From NCBI GenBank assembly GCA_964350645.1, contig CAYGJY010000002.1, positions 97,538-161,537 of the forward strand: a stretch of DNA of 64,000 bases, given 5' to 3'. The translations under genes and the position numbers were made by a program. Below are positions 19,439-28,817 of the stretch, piece by piece (position 1 is the first letter of the stretch; the number at the start of each line of letters is the position of its first letter). The stretch comes from an uncultured Candidatus Saccharibacteria bacterium (GTDB taxonomy: Bacteria; Patescibacteriota; Minisyncoccia; Phycocordibacterales; UBA918). Under the pieces are notes generated by a model. It saw only the letters and a list, made by a program, of their open reading frames with translations. It was not told where the DNA came from and did no database searches.

Positions 19439-20066
19439 CAGGATTAAAGATGTGATAATACAATTCTACCAGTTCATCATTTTGCAGTTTAGCTGTGCGA
19501 ACACCGATACGGTTAAGACCCTGTTCAACGACGGCCGCCCGCTGCTCAAGTTGTAGGCGGTGCTCTGCAAATTTCTCGTCACTTGGTGGTGTTGATTGGC
19601 TGCCACCAAGGAAACTTGAAAAATTTGACTTGAGGTCAACTCCGATGGGGATATACGGGATGACCACAAAGAAGTTTTTGGTCATGACGTCGACTTCAGT
19701 TGTAAATGTTTTTACAAACGACATGTATTCCCGTAGTTGAATTTGCATGAGATCGTTGTCTTGCTCAGTTTCCCGAGCGGCCAATTTTTGTAAGTATGGG
19801 TTGATGTCCAGTCGACGCGATTGAATGTAGATCTGCAGTGAAAAATCAATGGTATTTAAAAACGACTGAAATTGGTGCAAAATTGCTGTTTGTTCGTCGG
19901 AAGATTTGAGGGCAAAGTTGATTGAAGAAGCGAGCATGACAATATTCATTTGGCCATTTTTAAGAATGACCACGCCGTCTTTGATGTCACGAATGGGAAC
20001 AAAATTTTGGGTTGAAAGATTAGTTTTAGGCATACTATTTTTGTTCTTGGATGGCCTTGAGCTCAA
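19404..20066 (-). CDS. VirB4-family N-terminal domain protein (likely the N-terminal part of the split VirB4)
   Basis: 220 aa. Combined with the downstream 612 aa ORF this gives about 830 aa, the size of an intact VirB4. Positioned directly upstream with a 35 bp frame overlap. Confidence 0.5.
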   Translation of the reverse strand: MSSRPSKNKNSMPKTNLSTQNFVPIRDIKDGVVILKNGQMNIVMLASSINFALKSSDEQTAILHQFQSFLNTIDFSLQIYIQSRRLDINPYLQKLAARETEQDNDLMQIQLREYMSFVKTFTTEVDVMTKNFFVVIPYIPIGVDLKSNFSSFLGGSQSTPPSDEKFAEHRLQLEQRAAVVEQGLNRIGVRTAKLQNDELVELYYHIFNPGEVGTSAPGAN

Positions 20067-20463
20067 GCTGGCGTGAGAGTGAGTTTAAGTTACTTTTACC
20101 CGCTTGAGGTACATGGCTGGCTGCCTCTAGTTGTTCAGGTTGGCCGTGATAAATACCAGAGCCAGTCTTGCGCCATAAATAGAGTTTTGATTTACGAAAA
20201 TAATTTACCATTGACTCAAGATAGATTGAGAAAGGTCGGTTGTTCACTTGGTAGAACGCGAGCAGCACTCCAAGACCCCCAAGAGGGATACCAATAATAG
20301 CAAAGATGAAAATATTGGTAGTCAGAAACAAAACCGCTGCAAATCCAAGTCCGCCACCCAAGAATAAAAATTGCTTCCAGGTAAACGGACCAAAAATTTT
20401 ATCTTCAATCTCAATAAACTGCGGTACTTCAAATCGCATAGTCACATTATACATTGAACCCAC
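20035..20463 (-). CDS. VirB3-like two-TM small membrane protein
   Basis: 142 aa; hydrophobic hairpin FLFLGGGLGFAAVLFLTTNIFIFAIIGIPLGGLGVLLAF; located immediately upstream of the VirB4-like genes, as in monoderm T4SS loci. Confidence 0.45.
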   Translation of the reverse strand: MGSMYNVTMRFEVPQFIEIEDKIFGPFTWKQFLFLGGGLGFAAVLFLTTNIFIFAIIGIPLGGLGVLLAFYQVNNRPFSIYLESMVNYFRKSKLYLWRKTGSGIYHGQPEQLEAASHVPQAGKSNLNSLSRQLELKAIQEQK

Positions 20464-20466
20464 GCA

Positions 20467-21030
20467 CTACTCAGTGGCATGGTTCGATTTATCCCCGCCT
20501 TCGGGGGCTTGGTAGTTTGGTAGACCACTAAGTAAGGGTCGTTTTTCTAGAGTGTCAGCTTGAGAAGTAGCCCTAATGACATGCTCTTCTTCAGATGTGA
20601 AGTGTTCACTGTCCCTGGTGTACCCCACTTGAGGAGTAACTCGAGCTTTTTCAGCGTCAGTCTGCATAGTGCGGACTGGCACTGGAGTACTCATTGGTAA
20701 TTCTGGCTCTGCCCCTCCGGCTGCAGTCGTTATTTGTTGTTGGTCTAAGAATTTTTTAATTTCAATGACTAACTTATCGCTCGCTTCTTTTGGAAGTTTC
20801 AAATCAGTTTCGAGCGTATCAATAATGTCGGCTAGCGAATATAAACGCAGAGCCAAATCTGACACGACTAAAACTAAATCGCGAAATAAGTTTTCAGGCA
20901 AAGCATTGGTTTCAAGAAAGTTAGTCACAAAGGTTGTGATAGTATCGGAATCAATCAGCTGCTTCAGCTCTGGCGGAGCAGCTTTGTAGGCCACGTCAAA
21001 TTCTTCCCACGAGGTGATTTTTTTTATCAT
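20467..21030 (-). CDS. Hypothetical cytoplasmic protein in the T4SS-like cluster
   Basis: Start taken at MIKKITSW to avoid a 61 bp overlap (ORF track 20467..21093); no recognisable motifs. Confidence 0.4.
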   Translation of the reverse strand: MIKKITSWEEFDVAYKAAPPELKQLIDSDTITTFVTNFLETNALPENLFRDLVLVVSDLALRLYSLADIIDTLETDLKLPKEASDKLVIEIKKFLDQQQITTAAGGAEPELPMSTPVPVRTMQTDAEKARVTPQVGYTRDSEHFTSEEEHVIRATSQADTLEKRPLLSGLPNYQAPEGGDKSNHATE

Positions 21031-21032
21031 AG

Positions 21033-23063
21033 TTAGGTATTTTGTAGGTTCAAGCGAGCTGCTAGTGGTGTATGCTTCTCCCAGCTTTGCCATTGTTTCG
21101 TGTAGGCACCAGGACCACTTGGGCTCAATCGATCCAGAAGAATTTGATTGTCAATATTTTTCGACATAGTCTGGAGGTCTGGATCAGCGATTTTACCGTC
21201 TTTCATCTTAGCTTCGACCATAGTTGGCGTGAGATGAGGGGCCATGGCCGCATCAGTGAATACTTCGTCAGGCATTTTGGCAAACTCTTTGCTACCACGT
21301 TGAGCTAAGAGCTGGCGTTGGGTTTGGGTACCCACCATCTGGTTGCCACGCGTGCCCGTAGTGGCTACTTGTTTCATAGCTTTTTTCTTGGCAGTTTTGA
21401 TGTCACCAATTTGTTGGTCAGAGTATTTGCCAGTTTTTTCGAGATCATCAATTTGATCAGCAGAGAGATGCAGGGCTACCTCTTCTTTGGTCAGGATATT
21501 GATATCCATGTCTTTCATTTGTTCGGTTGTTAAGTCACCGATTGCGCTGACCATATCTTTTAGTTGGTCAGCTGTCGGAGTTGTCCCACCAGTAGGATTA
21601 ATAACAGTATCAATGTCAGTCAAGCGTTTATTTTCTGCTGCTTTTTGAGTGGTACGTTTTTGTCGTTCTTCTCTAAAGTTGTCGATATCACCCAAAGAAC
21701 GGTGTAGACCCTCTGGCTTCCAATTTTCCCACATATCGGTATGTTCGAGTACGAGGTGATCAGCCTCTGTGGCTTTAACAGCAGAACGTGCAAAATCCCC
21801 GATTTTACTTCCCGTTCCAGCTGCACTACTACGTGATTGCCAATTTTTGAGACCTTTCCCAACTGCCCCGGCGGTACGTCCAACTGCCCAACGCCGTATT
21901 CCTCGGTCTGGGAAGCGGGCCATATAACTCGCTTGACGCATGATCCGGTCCCCGCCGTTTTTGGTCATGGTGTAGGCGGCGTTGGCACCATAGGCACCCA
22001 TCATTTGAGCGACCTTGAGTGAAGCAACCAGGAAACCAGTTACTAAAAAGAAGTACAAGATGATCATGAATGCTCCATTTGAAGCTGCGTTTTGTTCATA
22101 TGCTTCTGCAAATGTGCCGTTTACTCCAATTCCACTGAGAGCCCAGAGTGAGAGATAGAGCATAAATAAATAGGCCGGCGCTACAAACGCGTATTTTAAA
22201 AATTTTGTCCACCACTCCTTACCCTGCTTGGCGGCCAAAGGAGACATCAGCCCCAAAAACATCATGGGCGAGAGAATCATAAATATAATTAGGGCAATAA
22301 AGCGACCAATCAAAATCACCGCCCCAGAAGCAAAGACAAAGCCAGCAAAAATCATAAAAAACATCATGAGAATACCAAACATGATAAAGCGACCAGAAAT
22401 GAAATCTGTTTCACCGCGGATATTTTCGAGCAATGAGCCGTCGGCGAAAGACGGTAGTTTGGTGGCATTCATAAAAGCGGCGGTCACACTTTTTTGGTCA
22501 GCGCCACCAAACGTGACTGTTGTCGCTCCGCCTTCATCACCACCTGAAACAGTGATAGTGCTGGTATCAGCGGCGACGTTGGCCATCATTGCCGTGTGGA
22601 TTTGAAAAGCAGCAATATTTGAGAAATCGATGATGGCTTTGGTGATGAACAAGCTAAAGTTGATCATCAGCGCGGCAATGATCAGATATCCGAGAGCTTT
22701 TTTGGTACTTGTGTCATTTGAAAATAAAATAGTACGAAAACCGATGTAGATTAAACCAAAAATGAAGAAGATATTAAATAAATCCCTCACTACTACCCAG
22801 AGCTCGTCTACTACTACTCCTAGATTTGCTTCTAGATAATTCCCCATGCCAATGACTAAGTAGATCACCGTGTAATCAAGCAGGCTACCTCCTACCCATA
22901 AAAATAGTCCTCCAAAACCAACACAGATTGTGTACAGAAAAGAACCTACTGATGTGGGAATACTATCTGCATATACAGGTGTGGTGCAGCCGATAATAAG
23001 CACACAACAAAACAGTAGTTTAAGTAGTAGTCGAGTAGTTTTTTTAGAAACAGAAATACGCAT
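21033..23063 (-). CDS. VirB6/TrbL-like polytopic membrane protein with long hydrophilic C-terminal domain
   Basis: 676 aa; signal/TM N-terminus, at least 6 TM helices in the first ~370 aa, then a charged coiled-coil-like tail. This architecture resembles monoderm VirB6 homologs. Confidence 0.55.
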   Translation of the reverse strand: MRISVSKKTTRLLLKLLFCCVLIIGCTTPVYADSIPTSVGSFLYTICVGFGGLFLWVGGSLLDYTVIYLVIGMGNYLEANLGVVVDELWVVVRDLFNIFFIFGLIYIGFRTILFSNDTSTKKALGYLIIAALMINFSLFITKAIIDFSNIAAFQIHTAMMANVAADTSTITVSGGDEGGATTVTFGGADQKSVTAAFMNATKLPSFADGSLLENIRGETDFISGRFIMFGILMMFFMIFAGFVFASGAVILIGRFIALIIFMILSPMMFLGLMSPLAAKQGKEWWTKFLKYAFVAPAYLFMLYLSLWALSGIGVNGTFAEAYEQNAASNGAFMIILYFFLVTGFLVASLKVAQMMGAYGANAAYTMTKNGGDRIMRQASYMARFPDRGIRRWAVGRTAGAVGKGLKNWQSRSSAAGTGSKIGDFARSAVKATEADHLVLEHTDMWENWKPEGLHRSLGDIDNFREERQKRTTQKAAENKRLTDIDTVINPTGGTTPTADQLKDMVSAIGDLTTEQMKDMDINILTKEEVALHLSADQIDDLEKTGKYSDQQIGDIKTAKKKAMKQVATTGTRGNQMVGTQTQRQLLAQRGSKEFAKMPDEVFTDAAMAPHLTPTMVEAKMKDGKIADPDLQTMSKNIDNQILLDRLSPSGPGAYTKQWQSWEKHTPLAARLNLQNT

Positions 23064-23065
23064 AA

Positions 23066-24547
23066 CTAAATTCCATTAAGTAACCGGTCACATCGCGATT
23101 CTTCATTTTGAAGAGCTTCATCAAAATCTCGTAGTTCTACGTCCATGAGAATTATTTCTAAATTGACTTCTGCTTGAGCCACCTCAACTTGCGAAGCAGC
23201 GGCAGTGTCAAACTGAATTTGACGGGCAGCTAGCGTGAGATCGAGTTGAGCTTGCGTCGTCGTCGCTTGATTGTATGCTCGCTGGACCCGCCGTAGGTCG
23301 ACGATTACTTGGTTGATTAGAGGGATGATCTCGACCGCTTCAGTACGGGCATCGGTATAGACAGGTGGTAATTCGGCGTTGAAGCAAACAGGGTACTGCT
23401 CTTCTAGGTCTTCTATGCGAGTTTCTTGGCGATCAACAAAGGCAATGGTTTGGTTCATGACTCGTCGGTAGTTTTGCTGGGTAGTAATTGCATCTTGAAT
23501 CGGGTCGCCACCAGTTGCGACAGCACCGCTTGTTTCAGTCTGCGTTCGTTCAAGGAGGGTCGGTCCGGCGCCACTTTCTCCGCGGTAGGCGTAGGCTGAG
23601 TTTCCGCCAGCGCCAAGTAGACCTCCAACCCCAGTAATCAGCGTACTACCAAATTGTGCCAAGACCGCACCGACAAGTTCATTAAATTCATCAGCAAAGG
23701 CCAATTTCTGACCAGGGATACCTAAATATTGATTAAATTGTGTTTCGACTAAGCCTCCCGGAGTGGTGACTGTACAATTATTGATTGAGCCACTAAGAGA
23801 GACACCTTCCTCACAGATCTGAATATTTTTGAAAAACTTATTGGCTTTGAGAATTTCAAATTCACCATCTCGTGTGCGTAGAACAATCGCGTCACGCTCA
23901 GCACTTGCATTTAAGAAAGCTTTGTTAGGGTCATTGTTAGCCCCTTGGGTTAGTTCAAACCAACCAGCCCAACCGCCTTCAGCAAAGTTTCCGTTAAGGA
24001 AGTTTTCCATATTGCCAACAACATCAGATAAGGTACATTGCGGCTCATAGCCATCTGCACCATAGTATTGCAAGCTGAGCGCGATGCGAATGTCGAGCTC
24101 AAAGGGACTACACAAAAATCCAAGTTCACTACCATTAATAAATCGTCCAACAGCTTCGTCGACAACATCAGTAAGGAAGCCTTCAATGTTGGTGACAAAT
24201 GCCGGACTACCTTGGAAGCCTGAGTTGACCCAGGCAGTCAGCGAGGTCAGCATGTTGGAAATCAAGGCGTTCGCTAGACCCCAGAAGAGTGGGTCTAAAA
24301 TATTTTCTTTAACCCACTCGTCGTATTCGTATATTTGGATAGCCACGTCAGCAATGGCTGAGATAGTTGATTCAACCGAAGTTTTAACGTTGTTAGCAAA
24401 GTTGAGGACATCTTTAACCGTGAAAGCTTCGGCTGGTTCCACGTATACTACTTTGGTATGCGATAAAGGTGAGGCAGCCACCATAATAGCTACCACCAAA
24501 ACTGAAGCAATGTAGGAGGTGACGTTTTTGTAGTGGAAGAGATTCAT
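23066..24547 (-). CDS. Secreted hypothetical protein (signal peptide, C-terminal coiled coil)
   Basis: 493 aa, N-terminal hydrophobic signal VLVVAIMVAASPLS. Confidence 0.5.
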   Translation of the reverse strand: MNLFHYKNVTSYIASVLVVAIMVAASPLSHTKVVYVEPAEAFTVKDVLNFANNVKTSVESTISAIADVAIQIYEYDEWVKENILDPLFWGLANALISNMLTSLTAWVNSGFQGSPAFVTNIEGFLTDVVDEAVGRFINGSELGFLCSPFELDIRIALSLQYYGADGYEPQCTLSDVVGNMENFLNGNFAEGGWAGWFELTQGANNDPNKAFLNASAERDAIVLRTRDGEFEILKANKFFKNIQICEEGVSLSGSINNCTVTTPGGLVETQFNQYLGIPGQKLAFADEFNELVGAVLAQFGSTLITGVGGLLGAGGNSAYAYRGESGAGPTLLERTQTETSGAVATGGDPIQDAITTQQNYRRVMNQTIAFVDRQETRIEDLEEQYPVCFNAELPPVYTDARTEAVEIIPLINQVIVDLRRVQRAYNQATTTQAQLDLTLAARQIQFDTAAASQVEVAQAEVNLEIILMDVELRDFDEALQNEESRCDRLLNGI

Positions 24548-24552
24548 ATGTA

Positions 24553-25461
24553 TTACCAGAGATTAATGAACCCAAAAACTTGGCGGGCTAGGTCATTTTC
24601 TTTATAGGAAATACCCTCCCCTTCGAGGTTGGTGTAGAGATTAACGAGGGCATAGTAGAGACCCTTGGTGTCATCTTGATAGCGTTTCAGTCGTGTCATG
24701 GTGTAAAGCGGATCAGTAAATGATGCTTCCATAGCTGCGATGTCGATCGCTAGCGCATTGTAAGCATTAAGGAGGTAGACGTGATCGTCAGCTAGTGAGC
24801 GAGGAACCTCTAAGGTCAGCATATCGCCAAGCATCCCTTCGTATGATTTTTTAATAGGAGCAAGCTTGGCTAAGGTTTCAGGGTTGTTGCGTTCGACTGC
24901 CTGTTTTGTAATCAGCGCCTCATTCTCAGTTTCAACTGGGACAGCGTGTACCAAAGCAATTTCAGCGACTTTATTGCCGTAAGCAAAGAGTGCTTCGCGG
25001 TTGGTGTCATCAATGACGGCTATGTCCCTAAACGTATATAGGTCGTCAACAGCCGCAGCTTGGATTTGCTTCTCAAAATTATCAACAATCTGACCTTGTT
25101 GTTCATCAAACACACCATACTGCTTAGCTTCGACGGTATCTTTGAAAAGAGCGATTGCCATTTGTCCCGTCAGTGTGTCTGGTGGAGTGTAGGTACCGGC
25201 TGTCGTTGTGCCTGAATCAAGAGAAATTGTTTGCACCGTACGCAGTGTTTCTCGCCAATCAGCAATGCCATTGTTATTTGCGTCAGCGATGGCGATATAA
25301 CTCCGCTCTGGGGCAGCCGCCACTATTACAGCAGCTGATGCCGGAGTACTTTTTTCTGTGACGACACCATAAAGTGAGGCTGAGATCAGACCAGCTCCAA
25401 TAACAAATGCACCTAAAATCTTGGCGTTCATAAACGGTAGTCTCAGTATAACAGTCGCCAC
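24553..25461 (-). CDS. Membrane-anchored extracytoplasmic protein (hypothetical; positional VirB8-like candidate)
   Basis: 302 aa (or start at MNAKILGAF, 25431); one N-terminal TM then a roughly 270 aa soluble domain; first gene of the cluster. Confidence 0.4.
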   Translation of the reverse strand: MATVILRLPFMNAKILGAFVIGAGLISASLYGVVTEKSTPASAAVIVAAAPERSYIAIADANNNGIADWRETLRTVQTISLDSGTTTAGTYTPPDTLTGQMAIALFKDTVEAKQYGVFDEQQGQIVDNFEKQIQAAAVDDLYTFRDIAVIDDTNREALFAYGNKVAEIALVHAVPVETENEALITKQAVERNNPETLAKLAPIKKSYEGMLGDMLTLEVPRSLADDHVYLLNAYNALAIDIAAMEASFTDPLYTMTRLKRYQDDTKGLYYALVNLYTNLEGEGISYKENDLARQVFGFINLW

Positions 25462-25537
25462 TATACATATATATGTATAAAGGTAATAACCTGTGATTAA
25501 CCGTGGGGACAGCTATGTATAGTCTGGGGAACAGCTG

Positions 25538-26347
25538 TTAGGTATTGATCGATTGAAGCTCTTGTACTAACTGTAGCCATATTTCAAGGGATAGGTCTTC
25601 GGCTCGGACATCAAGCGGTAGTGCTAGTGTGGAAAAGATGTGGGTAAGTTGGTTTCGCTCAAAGTGGGCTGCTAAATTACCAAGGAGCTGTTTTCGTTTT
25701 TGGCCAAAACCAAGGTGGAGCATTTCAAAAAAGAAGGTTGGAGAAAGCGATATAAAGTGTTCCTGATTGATATGTTCAATAGAAATGATAGCTGAGTCAA
25801 TCTTTGGCGGGGGTGTGAAGTGCCCTCTCAAAACCGTCGTAACGTAGTGTGGCTGCCCAAATGCCTCAATGGAAAGAGAGAGGAGGGAACTTTTTGTGTC
25901 ACGGGCAATGCGTTTGGCAACCTCTTTCTGAATTAGAAAGACAATTTGGCTTGGTTGTACTTTGTGCTCGAGTAAGGTGCGAAACAGGTATCCGGTTAGG
26001 TAGTATGGGATATTGGCGACTACTTTAAAGTTGTGATTGGTGAAGCTATAGTTAGTTATATCGAGCTCACGGGCGTCACCGTGATGTAGTTCAAGCAATC
26101 CGTCCGCAAGCTCAGTAGGAAATGTTTCTTTGAGAACAGTGATAGCTCGTTCGTCTGCTTCAAGTGCCACGACTTTTGCCCCACGTTGCAAGAGTTCGCG
26201 GGTCAGAGCACCAGTGCCGGGTCCGATTTCGAAAATAGTCTCACCAGTGATGATGTGGGCAGCATCACACATCCAGCCAGGGACAACTGGACTGGTGAGG
26301 AAGTTTTGTCCAAGGCTTTTCTTTTTGTGAAACGTCGATTCAGTCAT
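25538..26347 (-). CDS. rsmA: 16S rRNA (adenine1518/1519-N6)-dimethyltransferase
   Basis: 269 aa; LGQNFL and SAM motif FEIGPGTGALT. Confidence 0.9.
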   Translation of the reverse strand: MTESTFHKKKSLGQNFLTSPVVPGWMCDAAHIITGETIFEIGPGTGALTRELLQRGAKVVALEADERAITVLKETFPTELADGLLELHHGDARELDITNYSFTNHNFKVVANIPYYLTGYLFRTLLEHKVQPSQIVFLIQKEVAKRIARDTKSSLLSLSIEAFGQPHYVTTVLRGHFTPPPKIDSAIISIEHINQEHFISLSPTFFFEMLHLGFGQKRKQLLGNLAAHFERNQLTHIFSTLALPLDVRAEDLSLEIWLQLVQELQSINT

Positions 26348-26448
26348 AAATGAAGCCTACGGTTTTGCAGGTGACTTGGCAAGGGTCTGTATATGAGCAG
26401 CCGACAGAACATTTTGTCACTTTGGCTGCTGCGCATCTTTATGTCCCC

Positions 26449-28413
26449 TCAGTCAATTTCAATAATTGTTTCGTACCCAGAGTTGTTTTCATTACCTCCG
26501 CGTCTGGCATCGTCCCCGTCGATGTAGTCACTATCAAGATCATGCAAAAATGATGAGGGTACGTTAATACGTTGGCTACCGAAAATTGTTCGCATGTGTG
26601 CGTAGGTTAAAAATATTTTTTTCTCAGCTCGAGTTAAGGCGACGTAAAACAGTCGGCGCTCTTCTTCGTGATCGACGCCGCGATCGTCGAGACGTTCATG
26701 CGGAAAGAGACCCTCTTCAAGTCCGGTGATAAACACATAGGGAAACTCGAGTCCTTTGGCAGCGTGGATGGTCATGAGTCTAACGGCATCTTGCTCTTCT
26801 TTAGCTTTGAGTTCATCTTGATCAGACTGCAGCGCAGCGTCTTCAAGAAGGGTGTCGACTGCTTCTTCCGGGTCAAGTTCATCGTAGCGCACTGCAAGGG
26901 TGACAAGCTCACGTAAGTTTTCCAGTCGTTCCATATCCTCTTCAGTTCCAGATTTCCGATAGTCAGCTTCGATGCCAGTGCGCTTCATAATAAACTTCAG
27001 GGTTTCGGAAATGTTACTGGTCCGTGCACTGTCAGCAATATCACTCATCATCTCATCAAAGCGTTCTACTTTTTGTAATGCTGCTCCTGACAAATCTTCT
27101 CGTCTTCCTTCGACTACTTTGAGCATAGTGACTTTACCAATGCCGCGCGTCGGGGTGTTGATGATGCGTGTCAGGTCACTCGTACTGCCTGGGTTTAAGG
27201 CCAGACGCAAAAAAGACAATACATCTTTCACTTCTTTTCGTTCAAAAAATTTAGTGCCTAAGAGTTGGTACGGGACGCCAAAATTTAAAAATGCTTCTTC
27301 GAGAGAGCGTGACTGAAAGTTGGTCCGGTATAGCACAGCAACTCCAGATGGCGCAGCTCCATCAGCGATTAAGCTCTTGGCGGTCATTGCAATGTACTCT
27401 GCTTCGTCTGAACCAGTCATTGCGGCAAACACTGTAATGTTCTCCCCGTCTTGGTTATTGGTGAAAACTGTTTTTTCAACGCGGTTGTGATTCTTCTTGA
27501 TGATGTCGTTACTAGCGGCGATAATCGTTTTTGTTGAACGATAATTTTCTTCCAGCAAGACTGTGTGGGCACCAGGAAATTGTCGTTCAAACTGCAGCAC
27601 GTTTTGGATGTCAGCCCCTCTCCACGAGTAAATGTTTTGATCAATGTCGCCAACAACACAGATATTTTTTTGGTCGCTGGTTAGTTGTTTTGCAATTTCA
27701 AATTGTACCTTGTTAGTGTCTTGGTATTCGTCAACGTGAATATATTTAAATCGTTCACGAAGTGTCGCAGCTACCTGTGGGTGTGCTTCAATCAACCGTA
27801 GAGTTTTTAAAAGGAGATCGTCAAAATCAAGCGCGTGATCGTCCTTCATAATTTTTTCATAGTGCTCCCAGACTTCCCCAGCGACGCGTTCTGGGTAGCT
27901 TGAAGCGTCATCAAGGAATGTAGTACGACTGAGTGCGTCGCCTTTAGCACGCGAAATAATACTGAGCATCTTCCGGGGCTCGAATTGCTTTGGACTGTAG
28001 CCGGCTAGCTCAAGCGATTTTTTAATGGCTCGTACTGAATCACTACGATCGTAAATGACAAAGTGGCGCCGCAAGCCAAGGAGCTCATGGAATTCACGTA
28101 AGGTGCGTACACCAAAAGAGTGGAAGGTAGTGACCACTGGTAATGAGTCAATGAGCGCCCGATCACTCGGAGGATATTTTTTAATCAGAGCTAAAACCCG
28201 CTCACGCATTTCTTTAGCGGCTTTGTTAGTAAAGGTGACGGCAAGAATATTATGGGGAGCGGTGCCCTGGTGAATTAGATGGACGATGCGGTGCGTGATG
28301 ACGCGGGTCTTTCCTGAACCAGCGCCAGCGAGCACAAGCAAAGGGCCGTTAGTGTGGACTACAGCTTCAGTTTGTTTAGCGTTCAGACCTTCGATGTACC
28401 TGGGTGTCTCCAT
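26449..28413 (-). CDS. ATP-dependent DNA helicase, UvrD/PcrA family
   Basis: Walker A AGAGSGKTRVITHRI, helicase motifs throughout. Probable start at METPRYIEGLNAKQTEAV (the ORF track extends to 28512). Confidence 0.85.
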   Translation of the reverse strand: METPRYIEGLNAKQTEAVVHTNGPLLVLAGAGSGKTRVITHRIVHLIHQGTAPHNILAVTFTNKAAKEMRERVLALIKKYPPSDRALIDSLPVVTTFHSFGVRTLREFHELLGLRRHFVIYDRSDSVRAIKKSLELAGYSPKQFEPRKMLSIISRAKGDALSRTTFLDDASSYPERVAGEVWEHYEKIMKDDHALDFDDLLLKTLRLIEAHPQVAATLRERFKYIHVDEYQDTNKVQFEIAKQLTSDQKNICVVGDIDQNIYSWRGADIQNVLQFERQFPGAHTVLLEENYRSTKTIIAASNDIIKKNHNRVEKTVFTNNQDGENITVFAAMTGSDEAEYIAMTAKSLIADGAAPSGVAVLYRTNFQSRSLEEAFLNFGVPYQLLGTKFFERKEVKDVLSFLRLALNPGSTSDLTRIINTPTRGIGKVTMLKVVEGRREDLSGAALQKVERFDEMMSDIADSARTSNISETLKFIMKRTGIEADYRKSGTEEDMERLENLRELVTLAVRYDELDPEEAVDTLLEDAALQSDQDELKAKEEQDAVRLMTIHAAKGLEFPYVFITGLEEGLFPHERLDDRGVDHEEERRLFYVALTRAEKKIFLTYAHMRTIFGSQRINVPSSFLHDLDSDYIDGDDARRGGNENNSGYETIIEID

Positions 28414-28817
28414 ATGCTCGCGCATACTACCGCACTGATTTATATATGTATAGATAAATAAACCGTATAAGTCTGAAGTAGGTATTACAAAACAAGATAT
28501 ATCTTGCGTCAATGGCCCAAAACCGAAGGTTTTGGGCCACCAAAATAGCTTTTTTTCTTTAACGCTGAAAAGTGCACTACGTCAATTGACCGACTCCTTT
28601 GCTCTAGTAGAATTATGCGCATGCCAAAAGATGACCTCGCTTGGAGGTTCGGCCAAATAGATGATTGACCTAATTCCGTAATGCTGATCGGCGGTGAGAC
28701 CATAACCTAAAACGTATTTTATCTACACAAGAGGACACTGACGGATCTAGTATCCCGGAGTTTGTAACTACAAACTCCACCCCGCAGTCGACATATATAC
28801 CTGCTCCATCGTCAAAA

